Positions 9,672-19,424 of a stretch of DNA of 64,000 nucleotides are shown in pieces. Within the stretch, counting starts at the first letter, position 1. Every line of letters starts with the position of its first letter. Under the pieces are notes generated by a model, which searched no databases, had not been told where the DNA came from, and worked only from the letters and a program-made list of their open reading frames with translations. The position numbers and the translations under genes were made by a program. The stretch is from a virus: the IMG/VR virus record IMGVR_UViG_3300029789_000001; one strand, written 5' to 3'.

Positions 9672-10285
9672 TTTAATGTAGCGAGGAATTCTTCATCAGA
9701 TACTTCTTCAAAATCTCCATCTCCGTAAATAACATCTGAGATATTATATTCTACTATTTTAAACTCTGGCTTGCCATGGCTATGCCAATATTCTGTAACA
9801 TGTTTTGCATTACAATTTGGACTAGGACCTAATGCAATACTACAAGAAAATTTATTAGTTTCATAGCAATGTCCTTTATAAAAGTTTTGACATTTCTTTA
9901 TATAGTCAATAATAGTATCAACTTCTCCTGGGCAAGTAATAACTTCTTTTAGTGGGAGAACTTTTTTATAATCTCTATAAGCAGGTTTATCAGGAGTAGC
10001 TTCTTTATAATCATCTTCTATACCTCCTTCTAAGAGTTGCTTAATTAATATTTCAAAAGTATCATCCCAAGTATCCTTAATACCATATGCATACATATAA
10101 GTATCTCTTATATAATTAAAATTATCTTGAGATAAATAATGTCTAGCATATAATGGATCTTCTTCACTATCTTTAAATCCATTCTTAATAAGCTCATCCA
10201 AATCTATAGAAGGTTGAGCCCATTTATACATTTCTACAAAACACTTATGTAAAGCTTCCTGTAAAATGTCTTCTCTGCTAATCAT
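9665..10285 (-). CDS. hypothetical protein
   Basis: ORF track, 206 aa. Confidence 0.4.
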   Translation of the reverse strand: MISREDILQEALHKCFVEMYKWAQPSIDLDELIKNGFKDSEEDPLYARHYLSQDNFNYIRDTYMYAYGIKDTWDDTFEILIKQLLEGGIEDDYKEATPDKPAYRDYKKVLPLKEVITCPGEVDTIIDYIKKCQNFYKGHCYETNKFSCSIALGPSPNCNAKHVTEYWHSHGKPEFKIVEYNISDVIYGDGDFEEVSDEEFLATLKW

Positions 10286-10562
10286 CGTTGTTAGTATAAA
10301 ATTCTAATAATCTAAAATTATCTGCTATATGTTTAGTATCTATTAAGTCATTGACTAATTCTAATAATGTATCTTTGCATGTATTAAATTGACTATTATC
10401 TATATTGTCACAAAAATACCACAGATCGGTATCTGAACAATATGAAATGTTTCCTACAGCCATACCTTCTTTATAAGCGATAATTATACCTTTATAATTA
10501 TTAGTAATAGCTGCTAAATCTATAGTAGTATCACTACTTTTAGGAATAGTAATATATTTCAT
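10278..10562 (-). CDS. hypothetical protein, paralog A of a tandem pair
   Basis: 94 aa. Shares an ordered motif pattern with the adjacent 88-aa ORF: SD..ID, GII.AYK, VG.I.Y, W.YF.D, LL.L and AD.F.L. Confidence 0.45.
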   Translation of the reverse strand: MKYITIPKSSDTTIDLAAITNNYKGIIIAYKEGMAVGNISYCSDTDLWYFCDNIDNSQFNTCKDTLLELVNDLIDTKHIADNFRLLEFYTNNDD

Positions 10563-10828
10563 TATTTAAAATCAATTAATTTAAAACTATCGGCGTAATT
10601 ATTTGACATTATAGCTTTTAGTAATGCTAGCAAATTTTCATTACATTTAAAACTACAATCTATAGTAATATCATCGAAATATTCCCATGTAATATCTTCA
10701 TCGTTATAGCCAATGAATCCAACTGGTTTATTACATTTGTATGCTAAAATAATACCCGAAGTATTCTCATTTATATCAGAAATATCTATAAATTTATCGG
10801 ATATTTCTGGAAGTCTTATGTCTCTCAT
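10562..10828 (-). CDS. hypothetical protein, paralog B of a tandem pair
   Basis: 88 aa. Tandem duplicate of 10278..10562. Confidence 0.45.
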   Translation of the reverse strand: MRDIRLPEISDKFIDISDINENTSGIILAYKCNKPVGFIGYNDEDITWEYFDDITIDCSFKCNENLLALLKAIMSNNYADSFKLIDFK

Positions 10829-11142
10829 TAATTATTTCCTTTAATAGTTCCCATCAAAATATCTTTATCTTTTACAATAGTATAATTAATACTCCATTTA
10901 GTATGTCCAAAATTAGCTGTAATATAATTACTACTACCATACATACTACCTACTGATATATAATCAAACTGCTTACCAGTAGTATAAGCATAATTATGTA
11001 AATCACCTTTTACTACATAAATATGAGGACTACATATACCTTTTTCTGCTATATAATTAGCAAAGAATAATTCAGTCTGAGGATTTAAAGTAAGAGGAAA
11101 TTGTCTAGTCTGAGAATTATTATCTTTCAGTTTTGTTATCAT
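10828..11142 (-). CDS. hypothetical protein; possible downstream exon (motif V region) of the SbcD-like nuclease
   Basis: TLNPQTELFFANYIAEKGICSPHIYVVKGDLHN resembles the SbcD TLDAFPAQNF...YIALGHIH region. Weak. Confidence 0.35.
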   Translation of the reverse strand: MITKLKDNNSQTRQFPLTLNPQTELFFANYIAEKGICSPHIYVVKGDLHNYAYTTGKQFDYISVGSMYGSSNYITANFGHTKWSINYTIVKDKDILMGTIKGNN

Positions 11143-11279
11143 ACAGCTTTTTATCTGTATTTCTATAGTTTCTTATTTACTATAGCTCGGCGTACATATT
11201 CACCTCCACCTTTACGTGCTGAGGGCAAACCACTCTTGGAACTATTTTATTCTGATTTCTCAGGTTCAAGTTCTACGCT

Positions 11280-12377
11280 CTACGATGCTACAGACTCTTT
11301 AGTTTCTGTAGTTATCTCGGTATTAGCATCACAGCCTTCACCGATATTGGTTTGTTTTAACATATTTGATTTCTCAAATATACGGCAAAAATAAATAAAT
11401 TTTTCATATTTTCTATTTAAATAAATTGAGCAATTATCATATAATTTATGTAATACATACATAGCTTTTCTACTAGAAGCCTGTATATACATAGTAATTT
11501 CTTTTTTATTATTATGATTATGAAATAAAGTTTCTTCTATATTTAAATAACTCATAATAACCTTTAAAAACTCTTTAGTTCCAAGTATTTGATATACTGG
11601 AATAGTATGTTCTTTATTAGCATAGCTAATACACCCATCACCATCAAAATAACCTCTAATAAAATGTCTTATTAAGTCCCTAGATTTAAAGATACTTTCA
11701 TCAGGAAATTTTAATGTTAAACTCTTTCTAGGAGTACATCCTAAAGAATTTAGTTGTTTCCATAAGATTTCACTGGATAAACATACTCTACATCTAGTAT
11801 GTCCATATTTATCAGCTTTAGTAACATGTAATTCTTTATTGTACCCAATAGCTTTTGCAAATTTTTCCATATGTTCTTTATCATCCCCTTTAGTACATAG
11901 TTCAAAGTTCCAATCTATCCTTTCTTTGGATGTATCTAGAGGGGAACTATAAATATAACCATCAGCAAATATAAAACCTAACCAATAAGCTTTTTCTTCA
12001 GTATCTATATTGTCAAAAAAATGTTCATTGTAAGATTTTTCTTTCTTTCCCTTTTTATTAGGATTATAAAGATTTAAAGTTACTAAATGAGTTTTTAAAG
12101 TTTGTGCTCCAATATTATATTTTATAGCGGAAGCACGTAATCCTGTATCAGAATTAATATAATCTTTTATAGCTAAATTTAAATTCTTAATAGTTATACC
12201 CGTTAAATATACACTATAAGAATAGTTATTATCTTTTAATAATTGCTCTAAATAATCTCGGCTAACTTTATTAGCTTTACAAAAAGCAGTTAGCTTTAAT
12301 TCCGAATTTAAAAAATTATTTAATATTTCTATGAGAGTATTATAACTCTTCCACGGAAATATAATAATTAAAATATG
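11280..12377 (-). CDS. LAGLIDADG homing endonuclease (two-motif, ~360 aa). The open frame has no ATG at its 5' end.
   Basis: Manual translation of the frame upstream of the tracked ORF is continuous from 12377. Motifs AYWLGFIFADGYIY and IRGYFDGDGCISY. The first in-frame ATG is at 11870, in the middle of the protein. It ends at TAG, followed 10 codons later by TAA. Confidence 0.75.
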   Translation of the reverse strand, partial: HILIIIFPWKSYNTLIEILNNFLNSELKLTAFCKANKVSRDYLEQLLKDNNYSYSVYLTGITIKNLNLAIKDYINSDTGLRASAIKYNIGAQTLKTHLVTLNLYNPNKKGKKEKSYNEHFFDNIDTEEKAYWLGFIFADGYIYSSPLDTSKERIDWNFELCTKGDDKEHMEKFAKAIGYNKELHVTKADKYGHTRCRVCLSSEILWKQLNSLGCTPRKSLTLKFPDESIFKSRDLIRHFIRGYFDGDGCISYANKEHTIPVYQILGTKEFLKVIMSYLNIEETLFHNHNNKKEITMYIQASSRKAMYVLHKLYDNCSIYLNRKYEKFIYFCRIFEKSNMLKQTNIGEGCDANTEITTETKESVAS

Positions 12378-12387
12378 TTAAAATTTA

Positions 12388-13626
12388 TTACAAAACTCTA
12401 CCGTGAGCATATAGGAATTGATGATCTCCAATGATGAAATTATCAATAGGATAGTTACTAATATAACTCTTAACATTATATTTAGTTAAATATGCAGCTA
12501 AAAGTTTCTGATTTAACCATTCAAAATCACCACCATGATTAGATTCTCCTATAGAGAGATAATTAAAATCTTTACTTTTTACTTTTACTGTAAGAGTAGC
12601 AAAGAACTCCATCATACACTCTATAAATGCTTCACTAATTTCTTTATTATCAAGAATCTCAGGAAGCTCATGACCCCCTCTAGTAGTTTCTTTATTGAAC
12701 CCATCAATAGAATCTCCAAGATTAACTACATATACAGAATGATATTCTTGTTCCACAAAAGATTCCACAATTCTAGATAATCTAGATTTAATTTCTGGAA
12801 CATCATAAGAAGGTAACTGTACAAAACTACTATATTTAGCATTATAAGCTCCGATATGTAAATCAGATAACCATATAATTAAATCAGGATATTTTGCTTC
12901 TTTATTATTAATATTTACTGGAAGCTCTTTATAATCCTTTACTGTATTTTTAATAGTATCTTCTATAAGTTCCTTATTTAAAGACTTAGAGGTTTCCTTA
13001 GTTAACTTAGTAACTAAAGCTCTTAAATCCTTTACTTCATCTTTCTCTATTCTTTTTAAGAAATCATTCTCTTTTTCTCTAAGATGCATTTCTTTTAATT
13101 CATCCTCAGTATATTCTTCATACATATGAGGAGCAAATGGAGAGGATGCTTTAGTAATATTAAAAGCTCGTAAAATTCTTTTAAAGTCAATAAGAGAATA
13201 GTCTGGGAAATATCTGCTGACAATCTGCTGGGTTAAACCAGAACCGTAATAAGTATACATTCTATATACACTATTCATTTCGTTTCTAGTAAAGACTCCT
13301 GTGATTGCGGGCTTATTTCTTCTGAAAATCTCAAACTTATATCCAGTAATTTTACCAGTATCCTCGTCTCTTATTTCCCAAGTATTAGAAGCATCATCTG
13401 TATCTTTCTTTACTTCTTTTTTCTTAGTATTCTTTAGTTTATCATATAATTCCAATATCTTCTTATCATCTTCATCTTTATTTTCTTTCTTTTTAAGATT
13501 TCTCATTGTCATATATACAGTATTTATATTTTTTCCTGATATAGTACACTGAGCTTTTAAAGAACGATTATTATTAATTGCATCATTAAAGAACTTAATA
13601 TAAGAAGATTTTGTTGCTTGTTTCAT
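12388..13626 (-). CDS. calcineurin-like metallophosphoesterase of the SbcD/Mre11 nuclease family, with a 240-aa N-terminal extension. It ends right after motif IV.
   Basis: Motif I IIWLSDLHIG, motif II VVNLGDSIDG, motif III SIGESNHG, motif IV IIGDHQ. Double TAA TAA stop. Motif V is absent from this ORF. Confidence 0.65.
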   Translation of the reverse strand: MKQATKSSYIKFFNDAINNNRSLKAQCTISGKNINTVYMTMRNLKKKENKDEDDKKILELYDKLKNTKKKEVKKDTDDASNTWEIRDEDTGKITGYKFEIFRRNKPAITGVFTRNEMNSVYRMYTYYGSGLTQQIVSRYFPDYSLIDFKRILRAFNITKASSPFAPHMYEEYTEDELKEMHLREKENDFLKRIEKDEVKDLRALVTKLTKETSKSLNKELIEDTIKNTVKDYKELPVNINNKEAKYPDLIIWLSDLHIGAYNAKYSSFVQLPSYDVPEIKSRLSRIVESFVEQEYHSVYVVNLGDSIDGFNKETTRGGHELPEILDNKEISEAFIECMMEFFATLTVKVKSKDFNYLSIGESNHGGDFEWLNQKLLAAYLTKYNVKSYISNYPIDNFIIGDHQFLYAHGRVL

Positions 13627-13732
13627 ACTTTTTTAAAAATTAGATAGCTGTTACGCCTTTATAAATAAAAGTATCTAGTAAAATAAAAGGTATCTAAATT
13701 AAAAAAGGCAGATACTCTCACGAGCACCTGCC

Positions 13733-14722
13733 TTAAATTATATTAAATATGTTTATATCTGTAGAATTATAAGGAATTTCATAATGATTATTTACAAATG
13801 CTTTATATCTTAAGTATTTTCTGGTTAGATATATTGAACAATTATCATATAAATAATGTAAGAACTCAATACTTTCTGATTTTTTAAGTTTTAAATTGTA
13901 ATAATCATGTGCAGTATGGCACAACTAAATTAAGCCATTATTTTGATTACTATATTCTGCTATTTTAGTCACCAACTGTAAAGTTCCAAGTACTGAACAT
14001 CTAGGAACTATTCCATATTTATATTTATTATAACTAATACATCCATCACCATCAAAATAACCTCTAATGAAATGTCTTATTAAATCTTTGGATTTAAATA
14101 TATTCTCATTAGGAAATTTAAGAGTTAAGGATTTATTAGGAGTACATCCATATTTATTTAAAGTCTGCCACAAATGTTTATTAGAGGCTGCCCAAACACA
14201 ACTATTAGCATTTTGTCTTATATTGACTGTTCCAGACATAAAAGTATTAAATTTATGTAAATGTTCAATATCAGAATTTTTTAAAGTTATATTTAAAGTG
14301 TATGTCTAAATTTTTTTAGTAACAGTCTTAATATTACCATCAGCATAAATGAACCCTAACCAATACGCTTTTTCTTCAGTATCAATAGAATCAAATATAG
14401 TTTCTGATATCCTAGATTCAATCTGCTTATTTTTAATATTGTAACCTAAATTTTTTAACTTTTCAGATAATGTAGTTCTACTAGTATGATAAATATCTGC
14501 TAAATATCTAAGACTTTTTCCTTCCTTCCAAGGTTTTATTATATCTTTATCAAAATCTTTTATTAATGATTTCTTAGGATTATGCTAAGTTATATTCCAA
14601 GTTCTTAGATTTTCTAAAATAGAATTTTTAGAGACTTTATATTTTTCACTAAGTTCAGTTATTGAAATTCCATCAATATAATCCTATATTAGATTTTGTT
14701 TAATATTATTTAAATCTTTCAT
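13733..14722 (-). pseudogene. second LAGLIDADG homing-endonuclease gene, paralogous to 11280..12377. One continuous frame interrupted only by 4 TAG codons, so either a pseudogene or an amber-read-through gene.
   Basis: MKDLNNIKQNLI(TAG)DYIDGISITE...WNIT(TAG)HNPKK...AYWLGFIYADGNIKTVTKKI(TAG)TYTL...NGLI(TAG)LCHTAHDYY...NIFNII(TAA). The IRHFIRGYFDGDGCISY stretch is near-identical to copy 1. Confidence 0.7.
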
Positions 14723-14758
14723 AAACATAAATAGGGAGGATTACTCCTCCCTAAAATA

Positions 14759-15439
14759 TTAAAATTCCAAACCAAAAACCATCCATCTTCCATTACGAGT
14801 ACTCTTAGATGGAGTATAAGTTACAGTAGCTACTACTGGGTCAGAGCCAATAGACTCCTTACCCTGAACGATATCGATCTGACCCTTAAAGCCCTTCTTA
14901 ATAAGCTCCTTAGCCATTTCCTTAGCTGCTGTCTTAGTAGGACGAATAACCTTTGTATCTGGTTCAACACGACCAGTATCGTTACCATCCTTATCAAGAA
15001 TTGGCTCGCCAGCCTTCTCGTTCTTTACACGCTCAGACTTCAAAGTCTTCAGCACTTCCTTTGTATCGTGGTCTACCAAATCAAACTTCTTCTGAGTATC
15101 ACGCTTACCCTCAGTCTTAATATCAACAACCTTCCAAGGACGCTCACGTGTACTTACAACAGCACCAGAAAGAGTTACAATGAAACCACTACCAGGGGCA
15201 TTCTTAGTCTTTTTCTTCAAATACTCCAGCTTAAACTCCTTCTCATCATTAGAAGTTACTTTAGCATTCTTCTCATGGAACTTCTTCCATGCCTGTGTTG
15301 CATCACCATTAATATGGAAATTCTCTTTCTCTACCTGTGCTACTGCTGCTTCCTTTGTTTCTGCACTTACTTCAAAACTCTTAAAATTAAAAATTTCACT
15401 CATTTTCAAAAATATATTAACATTAATTCTTATTATCAA
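14759..15439 (-). CDS. hypothetical, Lys/Glu-rich protein with GC-rich codon usage. The likely start is MSEIF at 15403.
   Basis: ORF track, 226 aa. Local GC is about 40% against about 30% background, which is compatible with a very highly expressed gene. An AT-rich upstream region contains a TAttTTTG Bacteroidota -7-like motif. Confidence 0.5.
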   Translation of the reverse strand: MIIRINVNIFLKMSEIFNFKSFEVSAETKEAAVAQVEKENFHINGDATQAWKKFHEKNAKVTSNDEKEFKLEYLKKKTKNAPGSGFIVTLSGAVVSTRERPWKVVDIKTEGKRDTQKKFDLVDHDTKEVLKTLKSERVKNEKAGEPILDKDGNDTGRVEPDTKVIRPTKTAAKEMAKELIKKGFKGQIDIVQGKESIGSDPVVATVTYTPSKSTRNGRWMVFGLEF

Positions 15440-15531
15440 ATCATCTGCGATGTTTTTTCTTTATCTTTGTAATGCTAATATAATCTATATTTTTTGCCTC
15501 CAAAAAGAAAATTATAAAAAAATTAATTTTT

Positions 15532-15891
15532 TTAAAATGGAAGAAATTTTCCCATTAATTCTCTTATTTTTGTTGGCATATCTTTTGGTTGCACGCCAAA
15601 TGTTGGAAAATCGGTACATCCATATGAAAAATCCTCAGTGATGATAGCAATAGCTTGTATTGTATCTTCATCAAGACCTGTTTTTTCTGCTAATTTAGCA
15701 GTTACTTCATAATAAGTAACTCCAGGTTTTTTCTTCTTCATAGAATTTACCATATATCCAAGTAATGATATAAGTGCAAATTTTAAATTTATACTTTCCC
15801 CTAAAGACCCTAAACTAAAGTATTTACGATATAAATCGGAAAGTTTAGTATAATCAGGTCTCTTGAGTAATTCCGAATCCCTCATAACCAT
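15532..15891 (-). CDS. hypothetical protein
   Basis: ORF track, 119 aa. Confidence 0.35.
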   Translation of the reverse strand: MVMRDSELLKRPDYTKLSDLYRKYFSLGSLGESINLKFALISLLGYMVNSMKKKKPGVTYYEVTAKLAEKTGLDEDTIQAIAIITEDFSYGCTDFPTFGVQPKDMPTKIRELMGKFLPF

Positions 15892-16900
15892 GCATACAAT
15901 AGAATGCTACTAATTTAAGAAGGTGAGTAAACTCTTTAAATCCTTTATTAAAAAGTTCTCTAGTCATAGGAACTACTTTAGTATTAAAATTTGGAATAGT
16001 TTCTACTACTAAGAAATTACTTCTAATTTTAGGATTCTCAATGTTATAATTCTTCTTAGCAGCCATAGTTAATAACCAACTATATAAAGCCATCTCTCTA
16101 TAATAGTGATATTTAATAAGAGCTCCTTTAGCAAAGTTATTTATTAAATCTCCTGTGGTTTTTAAATCATTTACAGTGATTATTCCTTCTTCTTTATCTA
16201 TACTATAATTATCAAGTTTAGACTTAATTTTTAGTATAAAAGGTTTATGCTCTGGAGCCTCTACTAAAATATCTATAAGGAAAGCTATCTCATTACCAAT
16301 AATTGGTTGTTCTAGTAATCCTTCAGGGTTTAGTAAAGATTGAATTTGTGTATCACTATCTAGAGACTCTAGACAAACTTTCAGTTTAGCATGATTTTTA
16401 GGGTCTGTAAATATTGGTGTTCTAGCATCATTATTTTCTTTTTCAAAAGCTTTTCTATCACACCAGTATTGAGCACAGTCTGCTAACACTTTTTCTATTT
16501 TTTTATCTGACATTTTATCTTTATAATAATCACACTTATCAGATGCTTCTAATATAATATCATTAGTAACATTGATACCTTGTGTTTTTTTATAAATATA
16601 ATCTGCCATTGCCCCCATTTTAGCAGTAGGTCTGTTAACATCTGTTAGAAAGAAGTCATCAGGTTGTAAAACTAAAGTATGTAACCAACTACCAAATTCC
16701 AAACTAGTTGTATTTAACTTAGTCTTACCCCAATTATCAAAGAACTCTGTTGGAGAACCATCTTGATCTGGATTTATCTTAGATAATCTAGAGTTTGAGA
16801 TATAATTATTATACTTTTCTGAGAAATAAGTATTATCATCAATATCTTCAACTCTTAAAGTCTCTATCAGAGGTTTAATAGAAATTTGACTTAATTTCAC
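15854..16900 (-). CDS. hypothetical protein
   Basis: ORF track, 348 aa. No secure motif. Confidence 0.4.
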   Translation of the reverse strand: MKLSQISIKPLIETLRVEDIDDNTYFSEKYNNYISNSRLSKINPDQDGSPTEFFDNWGKTKLNTTSLEFGSWLHTLVLQPDDFFLTDVNRPTAKMGAMADYIYKKTQGINVTNDIILEASDKCDYYKDKMSDKKIEKVLADCAQYWCDRKAFEKENNDARTPIFTDPKNHAKLKVCLESLDSDTQIQSLLNPEGLLEQPIIGNEIAFLIDILVEAPEHKPFILKIKSKLDNYSIDKEEGIITVNDLKTTGDLINNFAKGALIKYHYYREMALYSWLLTMAAKKNYNIENPKIRSNFLVVETIPNFNTKVVPMTRELFNKGFKEFTHLLKLVAFYCMHGYEGFGITQET

Positions 16901-17411
16901 GTAAGTAATTGTTAAAGTCTTCCGACTCTTTTATACATTCATACCCATATTCTATCTCTTCTTTATCTAAACTATAAATCTTACCATAAGGACCCCATTT
17001 TTCATTAGATTCAGAAGCTATTAATAAGCAAGGTAATCCTGCTAGATTCATCTGAATAAAATTACTAATAGAATCATCAATGAAAATATCAACTCTACCT
17101 TTTATATACCGAGCTTTATTAGCACGCTGATATAAGACTTGATAAACAGGTTTATTAGGATAACCATTATTCTTTAGCCATGTTTTACTATAGTCTTTAT
17201 TGCATACTCTTTTAGTACAATATAATTCAGGTATAAAGTTTATTTTATTTTTTACTGGAAGATTTATCCACCATTCTCTGTCTTTTATTAAAACTTGTTG
17301 TACATTTTTTGTTATTTCTCCATCAGACTTAGGATATCCAAATCTTTTTAAATATGGATTCATAAACTCATTTAATGTATCATCTAAATCTAAACCAATT
17401 CTTAATTTCAT
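16875..17411 (-). CDS. HAD-superfamily phosphatase, likely a 5'(3')-deoxyribonucleotidase
   Basis: Motif I LDLDDTL (DxDxT) and motif IV FIDDS. Confidence 0.7.
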   Translation of the reverse strand: MKLRIGLDLDDTLNEFMNPYLKRFGYPKSDGEITKNVQQVLIKDREWWINLPVKNKINFIPELYCTKRVCNKDYSKTWLKNNGYPNKPVYQVLYQRANKARYIKGRVDIFIDDSISNFIQMNLAGLPCLLIASESNEKWGPYGKIYSLDKEEIEYGYECIKESEDFNNYLREIKSNFY

Positions 17412-17653
17412 AGATTAAATAATTCCTCAATATCTCTTATATATGTTACCCCAATACCTTTCTTAGCCAATTCAGCTCTGATATTTATCCAGCTATCATT
17501 GTTATCAAGAATAGCATATGTATCATCGTCTAAATTTAAGTACTTATCAACTTCTTCTTTAGCCTTTTCAATAGCTTCCTCATATGAAGATGCTGTTAAC
17601 TTATGAAGTTTATTTTTATTACTCTGACAAATTGCAAAAATATAATTATTCAT
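17408..17653 (-). CDS. hypothetical protein
   Basis: ORF track, 81 aa. Confidence 0.35.
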   Translation of the reverse strand: MNNYIFAICQSNKNKLHKLTASSYEEAIEKAKEEVDKYLNLDDDTYAILDNNDSWINIRAELAKKGIGVTYIRDIEELFNL

Positions 17654-17838
17654 TTGGTATTGTTATATATAATTATCATTATAATAATAAATAATATCAT
17701 CATGGTGATTGGGAGTGATAAAAATATTACCACTGCTAATGTTACCCAACTCCATAATAATATTCCAAAAATCTTAAGTAAAATTAATATTATACTTATT
17801 ATAAAATCTATTACTCCTAAAATTAATAATTCCCTCAT
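17650..17838 (-). CDS. small two-TM membrane protein
   Basis: 62 aa with two hydrophobic helices. Confidence 0.4.
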   Translation of the reverse strand: MRELLILGVIDFIISIILILLKIFGILLWSWVTLAVVIFLSLPITMMILFIIIMIIIYNNTK

Positions 17839-18344
17839 ATTAAATTATTACTTTTAGAATAACATTCTAATAAAGTATAGAAGAAATCCATAGGAACCAT
17901 TGCTATTGCTCCTGGGCTAACACTACCTTCTGTTGGAGCCTTCTTCCAGCATAGCACAAATGACTTGTCCTTATAAGGGCAAGAATTTTCTATCTTAAAA
18001 TATGCTGGAGTATTAGCAGTATGTTTTGCTTGAATATTTATAGGTAATTTTCCAGACCTATCAATTATATCAACTTTATTATTATCTGTAAACTTACTCT
18101 CTCCTCTAGCACTTACACACTCAGTATACCCCATATCTCTAAGATGATGAATTATATCTGCTTCCCATGCACTTCCTTTATTTCTAGATTTTTTAGCTTG
18201 ATAACTCTTCTTAGTATGGCTATCTATCCATTCATATAAAGTGCCATCAGCCATTTTTCCAGATTTATTACATCTAATTTTAAGAGCTGCTTGACTTATT
18301 TTAGTTTTCTCAGAGCATTCCTCTATAGATGTATAATCGTGCAC
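17835..18344 (-). CDS. hypothetical protein, possibly a PD-(D/E)XK-type nuclease or resolvase
   Basis: GESKF...VDIIDRSGK...IQAKH fits an E...D...Q.K nuclease signature. Weak. Confidence 0.3.
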   Translation of the reverse strand: MHDYTSIEECSEKTKISQAALKIRCNKSGKMADGTLYEWIDSHTKKSYQAKKSRNKGSAWEADIIHHLRDMGYTECVSARGESKFTDNNKVDIIDRSGKLPINIQAKHTANTPAYFKIENSCPYKDKSFVLCWKKAPTEGSVSPGAIAMVPMDFFYTLLECYSKSNNLI

Positions 18345-18390
18345 ATCGCCGTTCTTATATGTTATTCTAATAGCAGTATTCAGATTCTAA

Positions 18391-19401
18391 TTACTTTTTG
18401 ACATAGTTACTTAATTTTTTTATATAATATTTTATAAATTTTAAAGTATTCTGTCGACCATATTTTTTATAAAAATCACTTATATCTTTTACTTTGAATT
18501 TATGAGGTATAAAGAAATAAAGTAATTCTGGATGATTTTTTCTTATCTTAGCCATATTAAACATTCCAGGTCTATCATTATCATAAAAAGTTACTATATA
18601 AGTAAATCTTTCTTTTAGATCATTTAACATGTTTTCAGATAACCATTGTGTTTCACTATTTGGAGCACAGGCTGTTACACCTAAACCTTTTAAACACATA
18701 GTATCTTTCATACTTTTAGTTATAACTAATAAAGTACCTTTTTTAGGTAACTGACTATAACCCTGAACCTTTTTAGAGGGCCAATTTGTTAGAAATCTAT
18801 ATTCTTTACGTTTAGGATAATAAATTCTCCACAATTCTTTACCTTGCATTGTTCCTCCATAATATCCGAAGATAAAGTTATCTTTGGTTTTTATAGTTTG
18901 AATGTTACCATTTAAAAATACAGTACGACAAGAATATACTTTATATTTATTTAGTAATTCTAAAGAAACTCCTTGTTTACTCCACCATTTTAATTCATCT
19001 TCTGAGAAATCTTTTATTTCTACTCGTATATTTGCTGGCTCATTTGTTTTAACAAAAGAAGTGCTTGATTGTATTACAGAATGATAATTATTTTGTCCTT
19101 TTAATAAGCCAAAATCTTTAGCTATAATGTCTAATGCTTGATGGTATTTACAAGCATATTTAGTCATAACTACAGATATAAAGTTTCCATAAAAGCTCCC
19201 ATTAAAATCATGGAATATAAGTTCTCCTTTAGAGTTACGAAAAAAGGAAGCCGTAGGATTTTTATCTTTACGTAAAGGATTACAAATTAATTTTTTTGAA
19301 ACTTTTACGCCAAGATAATACTCCATATAGGCTTCCTCTGTGTTATATTTAAGTAAGTAGTCCTTAGTAATATCTGGTTTATAAGAAAAATCTAATTCCA
19401 T
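18391..19401 (-). CDS. DnaG-like DNA primase (TOPRIM domain)
   Basis: TOPRIM motifs LLVITKSMKDTMCLKGLGVTACAPNSE and VTFYDNDRPG. Degenerate N-terminal zinc-binding region. Confidence 0.65.
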   Translation of the reverse strand: MELDFSYKPDITKDYLLKYNTEEAYMEYYLGVKVSKKLICNPLRKDKNPTASFFRNSKGELIFHDFNGSFYGNFISVVMTKYACKYHQALDIIAKDFGLLKGQNNYHSVIQSSTSFVKTNEPANIRVEIKDFSEDELKWWSKQGVSLELLNKYKVYSCRTVFLNGNIQTIKTKDNFIFGYYGGTMQGKELWRIYYPKRKEYRFLTNWPSKKVQGYSQLPKKGTLLVITKSMKDTMCLKGLGVTACAPNSETQWLSENMLNDLKERFTYIVTFYDNDRPGMFNMAKIRKNHPELLYFFIPHKFKVKDISDFYKKYGRQNTLKFIKYYIKKLSNYVKK

Positions 19402-19424
19402 AAAAACTACTTACTTTATAATTA

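Noticed and set aside
11280-11870. The 196-aa tracked ORF taken as the complete LAGLIDADG protein.
   Set aside because: The frame continues upstream through the first LAGLIDADG motif (AYWLGFIFADGY). The tracked ORF is only the second half.
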